From the NCBI RefSeq assembly GCF_006345805.1, contig NW_021824310.1, positions 1 to 19,218 of the forward strand: a stretch of DNA of 19,218 nt, given 5' to 3'. The number at the start of each line of letters is the position of its first letter. Position 1 is the first letter of the stretch. Both the position numbers and the translations under genes were made by a program. The notes below the pieces were generated by a model. The model did no database searches. It saw only the letters and a list, made by a program, of their open reading frames with translations, and was not told the origin of the DNA. Below are positions 9,020 to 16,946 of the stretch, piece after piece. The stretch comes from Octopus sinensis. Taxonomy: Eukaryota.

Positions 9020-9310
9020 AGACAGGCCCAGCCAATGGAATGCGCTCAGCCAGCGCTGCTGCTAAGAGGCGGAAAGAGAGGAGGCAGAGAGAAAGAGAGA
9101 AAGAGAGGGAGAAGGAGAGAGAGAGAAGGAGAGCGAGAGCGAGAGAGAGAGAGAGAAAATCTCAATCTGTCTTGCCCTTATACACAGTTTGCCATCGCGA
9201 GTCTCGTTGTGATCTCGCGCATGGCAAATGGATGCAGATGAAATCTCGCTCCAGTCTCGGAGATGGCAATGGCTGCCGCGCGAGATCTCATCCAATATGG
9301 CGCTGACTGC
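9020..9310. promoter_or_regulatory. Candidate promoter: CCAAT boxes, GA tract, CpG-rich CGCG-motif cluster, YY1-like site
   Basis: AGCCAATGG 9030-9038; GA-rich tract ~9075-9156; TCTCGCG 9213-9219 and CGCGAGA 9279-9285 (halves of the TCTCGCGAGA promoter element); CCAAT 9292-9296 overlapping AATATGGCG 9294-9302. Locally CpG-dense in an AT-rich window. Function inferred only. Confidence 0.45.
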
Positions 9311-9587
9311 TTGTGCAGCTACAAGATAATCAAGGGCAATATTACGGAAGGCGTTGAAGACATTTAAAAAAAGTCCGAATGTAATTTTACGTATCTTGAC
9401 TGCTATTTCTTGTAGGCTGATCAACCACTCGGACAACCTGTTGCTGGCTCAGTTCTTGTAACTTAAAGCAGTATGCTAGCATTTCCGGTAATTTACTGCC
9501 TGTATAGAGTTAATTGTCGAAACAACCAAACTAATTCAATGATCTTTATCTGGTATTTATCACTATTTACAATCTCATTATGCAAAA

Positions 9588-9601
9588 TGTGTGTGTGTGT
9601 G

Positions 9602-9639
<38 letters not shown>

Positions 9640-9766
9640 CAGACAGACAGAAATTTACAGACATATAGACAGATAATAGGTATCCATACAAATATGTATA
9701 TCTATATCTGTGTGTATGTATTGCGTGTATATCTATTGGATAAATATGTGTATGTACCAAAACGCA

Positions 9767-9821
<55 letters not shown>

Positions 9822-10122
9822 CTTATATATGTATGCATGTATGTATGTATATATATATATATAGATAAGAACATTATATATATATACGTACATATATGTA
9901 CATATATGCATATATACATATACGTATATATATGTACATGTATAATATATATATGTATATATATATATATATATATATCTATATATATATATATATATAA
10001 TATATACATATATGCATATATGCATGTGCATACATATATGCATATACGTATATAATGCAATCATGTGTATATCTATCTATGTGTATGTATGTGTTTGTGT
10101 GTATATATATATATATATATAT

Positions 10123-10163
<41 letters not shown>

Positions 10164-10184
10164 AATATAAACACACACACAGAC

Positions 10185-10235
<51 letters not shown>

Positions 10236-10315
10236 CACATCAACACAGACACATATATACATACAAGCATACATACATATATTCTAAATACATACATACA
10301 CACAGGCACACATAT
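9588..10315. repeat. Compound (TG)n/(GA)n/(CA)n/(TA)n/(GATA)n microsatellite block
   Basis: Direct reading. Confidence 0.95.
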
Positions 10316-10600
10316 AGTGCAGTTCGGTGAAAGCTAGTCACAGACGAGCGATAAATGCGTCCCCCTTAACCTTCCATCAATTAAATGTCTTTCGCATGAA
10401 GTCTGGCTGTCGTCGCGTTGGCGGTTGGAAGCTATAGCTGAGTGGCAAGGAGCCACCGACCGTTTCCGGTTGGCGGCCTCTGGTAGGCATGCAGCCAATC
10501 AGATCGACACGATGCATATAGAAACACAAACGTCATCATCACTTTTTTTCGTTTTCGTTTTGATGGCGATTTATGAACATGGCCTCAGAGGTGGATAGAA
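10316..10600. promoter_or_regulatory. GC-rich unique island; candidate enhancer or promoter
   Basis: NF-Y-type AGCCAATCAG 10493-10502; CTCF-like CTACCAGAGGCCGC on minus 10473-10486 (2 mismatches to CCASYAGRKGGCRS); hairpin 10452-10477; CpG-rich and bounded by microsatellites. Confidence 0.35.
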
Positions 10601-10605
10601 CTAGT

Positions 10606-10822
10606 ATAATAATAATAATAATAATAGTAATAATAATAAAAATAATAATAATAATAATTATTATTATAATAATAATAATAGTGATAATGATAATAATAAT
10701 AACAATAATAATAGTAATAATAATAATAATAGTAATAATAATAATAATAATAATAATAGTAGTAATAATAATAATATAATAATAATAATAATAATAATAA
10801 TATAATAATAATAATAATAATA
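10606..10822. repeat. (AAT)n microsatellite
   Basis: Direct reading. Confidence 0.95.
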
Positions 10823-11378
10823 AATGCCCTGATGCAGTACCATGCAGAGGCTCTCATGGCTTCTGATCTTACTGATTGGAAGTGTTATCATGTACATTGT
10901 TCTGTCTTGGTATAAAAGATGGGCTACAGCAAATATTCTGCTCAATACCACAGATTTGCTTGTCAGTTGTTTGACCTTAACCAGTTGAGCATGTCCCTTA
11001 GTGGCTGACGATATGTGCATCTCTGATCACGAGCAGAAGTAGTGGGGGAGCATCATAGCCATGTGTTGAGAGGGATTCTTGGGGTTTGAATAATTCACCT
11101 CTGGAGACATGGGTGGGTTTTTCAACATCCTTAAACAACCCTTATTCAGGGACCGTTTGAGCGGGATGGGCTAACTCAACCTGAAGAAAATTCTAACTGG
11201 GCCCCACCTGCAAGGTCATGTGCAGTTTATCTTGATATGAGATCACCATGCCGCGCACATATGGTTGTGATGCATGTGCCTGGTGTACCTTTATCAGACG
11301 GGTAGTCATGATGGGTATATTGAGCTTCGTATATTTTACCCCAGTGTCACTTTGATGGCATGCTCTGCTCGCTCACTC
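10823..11378 (+). mobile_element. ~556-bp non-coding interspersed element (family C) embedded in (AAT)n
   Basis: Collinear inverted homolog at 16250-16946. Both copies end ...CTC(G/T)CTCACTC followed by (AAT)n. This copy has (AAT)n on both sides. No ORF, A/B boxes or terminal inverted repeats seen. Confidence 0.85.
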
Positions 11379-11414
<36 letters not shown>

Positions 11415-11415
<1 letters not shown>

Positions 11416-11723
11416 TAGTCTTAATTTAGAAAGAAAGCAAACGTTGCTGGATCATAGATATAGCATGCCCAGCTTACAACAAGGAAGGCGATATGGAAGA
11501 AAGAAAAGTCGATAGATATAACAGGTTAGCTTGGGAGGTTAAGCAGTTGTGGTCGATGAAAAAGTTGGTAGTAGGATCAATATTTGTCGGAACCCTGAGA
11601 CCAGCGAGTAAAAATCTTGAGAAGTACATGGAACAAATAGGGGCTGCAACAAGGTTAGATCACTTGCAGAAAACAGCACTGCTTGGAACCGCTCGAATTC
11701 TCCGGATGGTGTTCGAAAAATAA
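11415..11723 (+). mobile_element. Decayed non-LTR retrotransposon fragment: restriction-like endonuclease C-terminus, R4/Dong-like (fragment 1)
   Basis: IVLI*KESKRCWIIDIACPAYNKEGDMEERKVDRYNRLAWEVKQLWSMKKLVVGSIFVGTL...HLQKTALLGTARILRMVFEK* matches the RLE pattern (PD)IV-x-IID-xP...K-xx-Y-xx-L...G-xLG...LQK-ALLGTA-ILR. Starts directly after (AAT)n 11379-11414; one in-frame TAG at 11427-11429. Confidence 0.85.
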
Positions 11724-11733
11724 AAGGTGTTAC

Positions 11734-11922
11734 CTCAGAAAATATAAAGATTTGCTAATTGAAATCGAAAAGATGTGGCATCTCAAGACAGTTACAATAC
11801 TAGTGATTGTAGAAGCGCTTGGAATGATCAAAACAAGAATTGAAAATTATTTAAGAATGATCCCTGGATTACCATCAATGCAAGAAGTGCAAAAGATTAT
11901 CTTAACTGCTGCTTCACACTTA
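11734..11922 (+). mobile_element. Second, divergent R4/Dong-like RLE C-terminal fragment
   Basis: LRKYKDLLIEIEKMWHLKTVTILVIVEALGMIKTRIENYLRMIPGLPSMQEVQKIILTAASHL has the same motif order (KY-xx-L, W, ALG, QK) as fragment 1 but a clearly different sequence. Confidence 0.8.
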
Positions 11923-11925
11923 ACT

Positions 11926-12502
11926 GAGATGCCAGCAAATTCGGAGCAGGGCTTAAGTCGATTGTATTGATCCATGTAGGCGAGCTGGCAGAAACGTTAG
12001 CACGCCGGGCGAAATGCTTAGCGGTATTTCGTCTGCTGTTACATTCTGAGTTCAAATTCCGCCGAGGTCGACTTTGCCTTTCATCCTTTCGGGGCCGATA
12101 AATTAAGTACCAGTTACGCACTGGGGTCGATGTAATCGACTTAATACCTATGTCTGCTTGTTGTCCCCTCTGTGTTTAGCCCCTTGTGGGTAATAAAGAA
12201 ATAGGTATTTCGTCTGCTGTTACGTTCTGAGTTCAAATTCCGCCGAGGTCGACTTTGCCTTTCATCCTTTCGGGGCCGATAAATTAAGTACCAGTTACGC
12301 ACTGGGGTCGATGTAATCGACTTAATACCTATGTCTGTCCTTGTTTGTCCCCTCTGTGTTTAGCCCCTTGTGGGTAATAAAGAAATATGTATTGATCCAT
12401 GTACTCAACTGGTACTTATTTTATCAATCCTGGGAGGATGAAAGACAAAGTCGACCTTGGCGGAATTGAAATAGGATTGTAAAGACGGACGAAATATCGC
12501 TA
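11926..12502 (-). mobile_element. Older SINE family B copy, split by the younger insertion at 11979-12387
   Basis: Joining 11926-11978 to 12404-12502 gives TAAGTCGATTGTATTGATCCATGTACTCAACTGGTACTTATTTTATC...GGATGAAAGACAAAGTCGACCTTGGCGGAATTGAA...GACGAAATATCGCTAA, collinear with 16681-16805. Confidence 0.8.
11979..12387 (+). mobile_element. Young tRNA-derived SINE family B: one head plus tandemly duplicated body, 16-bp TSD
   Basis: A-box-like TGGCAGAAACG, B box GAGTTCAAATTC. Body units 12023-12203 and 12204-12387 are nearly identical. Perfect direct repeat TGTATTGATCCATGTA at 11963-11978 and 12388-12403. The central GTCGACTTTGCCTTTCATCCTTTCGGGG(C/T)CGATAAATTAAGTACCAG resembles the Meta/MESC SINE domain (from memory). 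Confidence 0.93.
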
Positions 12503-12607
12503 ATAATAAGGATAGTTTCATATATTACCCACAGGGGCGTAGATGAGGTGTGTACCTCCAGGGACAATGAACAATTTCTGTGGGTGTTTACATAATAGAT
12601 GAAAAGA

Positions 12608-12795
12608 ACCTTCTCTGCTTTAGGCACGAAACCTGTCACTTTTTCGGGGAGGGGCTATGCGATTTCATGGACCCCTGTTCTCAGCTGGTACTTATTTCAT
12701 CGACCCCTGAAAAGTTGAGAGGCTACGTCGACCTCTGTGGAACATGAACAGGAAGAAATACCAAAAACCCCCTTTGTCTGAGGCTAACGACTTGC
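12608..12795 (-). mobile_element. Old, diverged SINE family B copy
   Basis: CTGGTACTTATTTCATCGACCCC...GTCGACCTC...GCTAACGA landmarks in the same order as in 12803-13019. Confidence 0.7.
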
Positions 12796-12802
12796 TAATA
12801 AT

Positions 12803-13019
12803 GATCCTTTCTATTATAGGCACAAGGCCTGAAATTTTTGGGGTGGGGCTCAGTCGATTAGATCGACCATAATACGCAACTCGTACTTAATTTATCAACC
12901 CCGAAATGATGAAAGGCAAAGCCGACCTAGGTGGAATTTGAACTTAGAATGTAAAGACAGGTTAAATGCCGTTTAGCATTTTGCCCAGTGGGCTAACGAT
13001 TCTGCCTGCTCGCCACCTT
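12803..13019 (-). mobile_element. SINE family B, full length, alternative 3' tail
   Basis: Head AGGTGGCGAGCAGGCAGAATCGTTAGC (minus), B box AAGTTCAAATTC, central domain, tail TTCAGGCCTTGTGCCTATAATAGAAAGGATC. Confidence 0.85.
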
Positions 13020-13037
13020 TAATTTATTTTAAAGTTT

Positions 13038-13175
13038 CGTGCAAGGCCAAAAGTTTTGTGGCGAGGGGTGAGTCGATTATATCGACCCTGTAATTCATTG
13101 GTACATTTTCATCGACCTTAAAACGATGTATGTTAAAGCTGATCGTAGCGGGATTCGAGATCTGAATGTACAGGT
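13038..13175 (-). mobile_element. Old SINE family B-related fragment
   Basis: GCAAGGCC...GAGTCGATTATATCGACCC...TGGTACATTTTCATCGACC landmarks shared with the other B copies. Confidence 0.65.
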
Positions 13176-13332
13176 ATTCCAGATGAACAACGATTTCAAC
13201 TACACTGAATGTGAGGCATCCGAAAGCCATTCCACTGATGTCTGACAAAATCATAATAGACCTTGATTTTAGTATTAATTTTTGTGACAAACCTGATGGC
13301 AGAAGTGGTGGTGATGATGGTGGTTGTGGTGT

Positions 13333-13710
13333 GGAGGTGCAATGGCCCAGTGGTTAGGGCAGCGGACTCGCGGTCATAGGATCGCGGTTTCGATTCCCAG
13401 ACCGGGCGTTGTGAGTGTTTATTGAGCGAAAACACCTAAAAGCTCCACGAGTCTCCGGCAGGGGATGATTGTGATCCCTGCTGTACTCTTTCACCACAAC
13501 TTTCTCTCACTCTTACTTCCTGTTTCTGCTGTACCTGTATTTCAAAGGGCCGGTCTTGTCACTCTCTGTGTCACGCTGAATATCCCCGAGAACTACGTTA
13601 AGGGTACATGTGTCTGTGGAGTGCTCAGCCACTTACACGTTAATTTCACGAGCAGGCTGTTCCGTTGATTCGGATCAGCTGGGACCCTCATCGTCGTAAC
13701 CAGCGGAGTG
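13333..13710 (+). mobile_element. tRNA-derived SINE, family D
   Basis: Clear A box TGGCCCAGTGG and B-box-like GGTTTCGATTCC at tRNA spacing, but anticodon, T and acceptor stems do not pair and ~300 bp of body follows. Possible 12-bp TSD GGTGGTTGTGGT at 13319-13330 and 13723-13734 (low complexity). Single copy in the window. Confidence 0.8.
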
Positions 13711-13719
13711 GAAAGAGAG

Positions 13720-13900
13720 AAAGGTGGTTGTGGTAGTTGCGGTATTGATGCTGCTGTTGCTGCTGTTACTGATAATGAGGATGACGATGATGGTAGTAGT
13801 GGTGGTGGTTGTGGTGTGATGCTACAGCTGCTATTGCTGCTCATGGTGGTGTTGATGCTGCAGCATCAGCTGCTGCTGTTGTTGCTGCTACGATTGATAA
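13720..13900. repeat. (GGT)n/(GCT)n/(GAT)n low-complexity tract
   Basis: Direct reading. Confidence 0.8.
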
Positions 13901-13906
13901 CGATTG

Positions 13907-14469
13907 TGGAAAAGTCCGAAGAGACACTCTGGAAAAGTTTCCGAGGATGGGGTACTTCCGGGGGACTTCCTGTAATGTTCCGAGGACGAATACTTCCTGC
14001 AAAAGTCCGAGGGTACTTCTTGGAAACTTCCGAGATATGTAACTTCCTGGAAAGTTTGATGCTCCAAGGATGGGATTTCATGGAAAGTTTCGAGAAAGGT
14101 TACTTACAGGAAATTCCGAGATGGGTGACTTCCTGGAAATTTACAAGGAGGGGGGTATTTCCTGGGACTTTCCGAAGTTACTTCCTGGAAAGTTCCGAGG
14201 TGGAGAGATTCCTGGATAATTCCGCGGTTTGGGTACTTCCTGGAGAGTTCCTAGAAGGTGTGGCTTACTGGAATGTTCCGAGGATTGGGGACTTCCAGGG
14301 GCTTCCTGGAATGATTCAAGTCCGAAATGGGTGACTTTCTAGAAAGTTCCGAGCATCGGGGACTTCCTGGAAATATCCGAGCATGGAAATTTCCTGGAAA
14401 AAGTCCGAGGTGGTTGACTTCCTTGAAAGTTCCGAGGATTGGAGACTTCCTAGAAAGTTCCGAGGTTGG
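13907..14469. repeat. Degenerate ~26-28-bp minisatellite, ~20 units, core ACTTCCTGGAAAGTTCCGAG
   Basis: Example units: acttcctggaaagttccgaggtggag, actttctagaaagttccgagcatcgggg, acttccttgaaagttccgaggattggag, acttcctagaaagttccgaggttgga. Unit length is variable and not held to multiples of 3. Confidence 0.9.
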
Positions 14470-14880
14470 ATAATGATGATGGTGGTGGTGGTGATGTGTA
14501 TGTTGATGATGATGATGATGGCAACGGTGGTGATGTTGCTGCTGATGATAATGTTGATGATGATGATGATGACGATGACGATGGTTGTGGTGGTGATGAT
14601 GGTGATGTTGGTGATGGTGATGGTGATGGTAATGGTGGTAGTGGCGGTAGTGCTGCTGCTGCTGTTCTTGCTGCTGCTGATAATGATGATGACGATGGTG
14701 GTGGTTGTGGTGCTGCTGCTTCTGCTGCTGCTGCTGCTGATGATGATGATGTTGATGTAAGGATGGCGGAGTTGATATTCATGATGATGATGATAATGAT
14801 GATGACGATGATGATGTCGAGAATGACGACGAAGATGATGGTGATGATAATAATCATATTAACGACGACGAAAATGATGG
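14470..14880. repeat. (GAT)n/(GGT)n/(GCT)n compound tract
   Basis: Direct reading. Confidence 0.9.
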
Positions 14881-15191
14881 CAGACATATTGATGGAACAC
14901 GAGCTGGGGAAATAAGTGACTTTGAAAGTAGAGAATAGAAGGGAAAGACGAGGTTGAGGAGAAGGAAGTGGAAAGGAATGATGTGTTTGATGCAGTTGGC
15001 AGCAGACAATGTGTCGCATGTTTTGGTCAGTCTTGATGGCTTATCTGACTAATATCAATGTTAACATGTCTTCTGCAATGAATACAACCGTCTGTAACAT
15101 AGACTCTGCTTCGCTGTGAATCGCCATTGCCGACACTGTCGTGAAACCCCGTCGGCACCATGGAATGCAGCCGACGCCATCTTCGGCCCTC

Positions 15192-15925
15192 ACCATCATC
15201 ATCATCATCATCATCATCATCATGCCGACAAGCGTCAGGACCATCACCGCGATTACCTCTGCCAGCAATCACAAACGCTATCGTCGTCATCGATCGACAT
15301 CGTTATCATCGTTATCATCATCATCATCATCATCATCATCGCAAGCGTCACAGCCGTCAACTTCACCTCCGCCACCGCCGCCGCCGCCGCCGCCTCCGCC
15401 GCCATCACCACCACCACCACCACCACCACCATCACCATCATCGTCATCAGCATAATCCTCATCATCATCATCATCATTGCAAGCGTCACAGCCGTCACCT
15501 TCACCTCCGCCACCGCAGCCCGCCCCGCCTCCGCCTCCGCCGCCATCCACCACCCCCCCACCACCACCACCATCACCATCATCGTCATCAGCATAATCCT
15601 GATCATCATCATCATCATTGCAAGCGTCACAGCCGTCACCACTTCACCTCCGCCACCACCGCCACCACCACCACCACCACCATCACCATCATCGTCATCA
15701 CTATAATCATCATCATCATCATCATTATCATCATCATTATCATCATCGCCACCATCACTAATACCATCACCACCGCCACCACTACCACAAATATCACCAT
15801 CCCCACTATCACGAAAACGATGACGACAACCAACTCCGCCACCGCCAGCGCCCCATCATCACCTCCATTCTTACAATAACCATCATCGTCATCGTCATCG
15901 TCATCATCATCATTATCATTGTCAC
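15192..15925. repeat. (ATC)n/(ACC)n/(GCC)n compound tract containing a 3-copy ~140-bp tandem unit
   Basis: Anchor GCAAGCGTCACAGCCGTCA at 15341, 15479 and 15620 (spacing 138 and 141 bp). Confidence 0.9.
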
Positions 15926-16059
15926 CATTTTCATATCTGTATTTTAGCTGCACTGATTAGAATTCAATTAATGCTTTTGCCGAAACGATGCAAATTTTAT
16001 TTTATGAAAGTGGCGGACCAATTGTTTTTAATTTTGTCACTTGATGCGTAATGAAATTT

Positions 16060-16191
16060 TCTTCTTCTTCTTCTTTCTTCTTCCTTCTTCTTCTTCTCTT
16101 CTTCTTCTTTCTTCTTCTTCTTCTCCTCTCCTCCTCCTCCTCTCCTCCTCCTTCTTCCCCCTCCTCCTCTTCTATTATATTTTATATTATC

Positions 16192-16247
<56 letters not shown>
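16060..16247. repeat. (CTT)n/(CCT)n followed by (TTA)n
   Basis: Direct reading. The (TTA)n is the 3' flank of the minus-strand family C element. Confidence 0.92.
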
Positions 16248-16248
<1 letters not shown>

Positions 16249-16249
16249 T

Positions 16250-16946
16250 GAGTGAGAGAGCAGTGCATGCCATCAAAGTGACGCTGGGGTACAAAATATA
16301 CGAAGCCCAATATACCCACCATGACTACCTGTCTGATAAGGGTACATAAGCCATGTGCCTCATAACCATACTTGCCGGACATGGTGACTCTGTATAAAGA
16401 TAAAGAGCGAATGACCTTGCAGGCGGGGGCTCACTTAGAACCTTTTTCAGGTCAAGTAGCCCATTCCATTCGAAGGGGACATGATGGGTGTTTAAGAATG
16501 AAGAACAAAACATACATGTTTGCAGGGTTGAATTATTCAAACCCCAAAGAATCCTTTTCAACACAAGACTATGATGTTCCTCTATTGCTCCCGCATGTGA
16601 TAAGAGATGGACATATCTATTTCTTTACTACCCACAAGGGGCTAAATACAGAGGGGACAAACAAGGACAGACAAACGGATTAAGTCGATTATATCGACCC
16701 CAGTGCGTAAATCGTACTTAATTTATCGACTCCGAAAGGATGAAGGGCAAAGTCGACCTCGGCGGAATTTGAACTCAGAACGTAACGGCAGACGAAATAC
16801 AGCTACGCATTTCGCCCGGCGTGCTAACGTTTCTGCCAGCTCGCCGCCTATTATATAAGAGGTGGACATATCGTCAGTCACTAAGGGGCTTGCTCAACTA
16901 GTTAAGATCAAGCAATTGAGAAGCAAATCTGTGGTATTAAGCAGAA
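16250..16946 (-). mobile_element. Second, more diverged family C element, interrupted by a SINE B insertion
   Basis: Reverse complement aligns to 10936-11378 (e.g. GCATGCCATCAAAGTGAC, AAAATATACGAAGC, ATGACCTTGCAGG, GAATTATTCAAACCCCAA, AAGCAAATCTGTGGTATT). Lacks the first ~113 bp. Confidence 0.85.
16618..16849 (-). mobile_element. SINE family B, full-length monomer with 18-bp TSD
   Basis: Reverse complement closely matches 11979-12203. Direct repeat ATAAGAG(A/G)TGGACATATC at 16600-16617 and 16855-16872 (1 mismatch). Confidence 0.93.

Noticed and set aside
8719-9306. 195-aa plus-strand ORF
   Set aside because: No recognisable domain. It runs through a GA microsatellite (RERE) and promoter-like motifs, so it is likely a chance ORF.
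10823-11378. Hammerhead ribozyme/retrozyme in family C (CTGACGA ~11004, CTGAAGA ~11182)
   Set aside because: No stem II followed by GAAA and no matching stems I/III could be built by eye.
11493-11970. Two small intact genes (76 aa and 95 aa)
   Set aside because: They are truncated RLE remnants. Homology starts before the ATG across a stop, the catalytic PD motif and RT are missing, and the second runs into a SINE.
13333-13410. Functional tRNA gene
   Set aside because: A and B boxes are present but the anticodon, T and acceptor stems do not pair, and the sequence continues into a SINE body.
13907-14469. CRISPR array, or a repeat protein (ORF 13708-14334)
   Set aside because: Repeats are degenerate, linkers are only 6-8 nt and related to each other, there are no cas genes, and the context is eukaryotic. 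Unit length is not a constant multiple of 3 and stops occur within the array.
14450-15953. Ala/Pro/Ser/His-rich ORFs resembling transcription-factor low-complexity regions
   Set aside because: Present in all frames, with no DNA-binding or other domain and no splice signals tying them to a gene.
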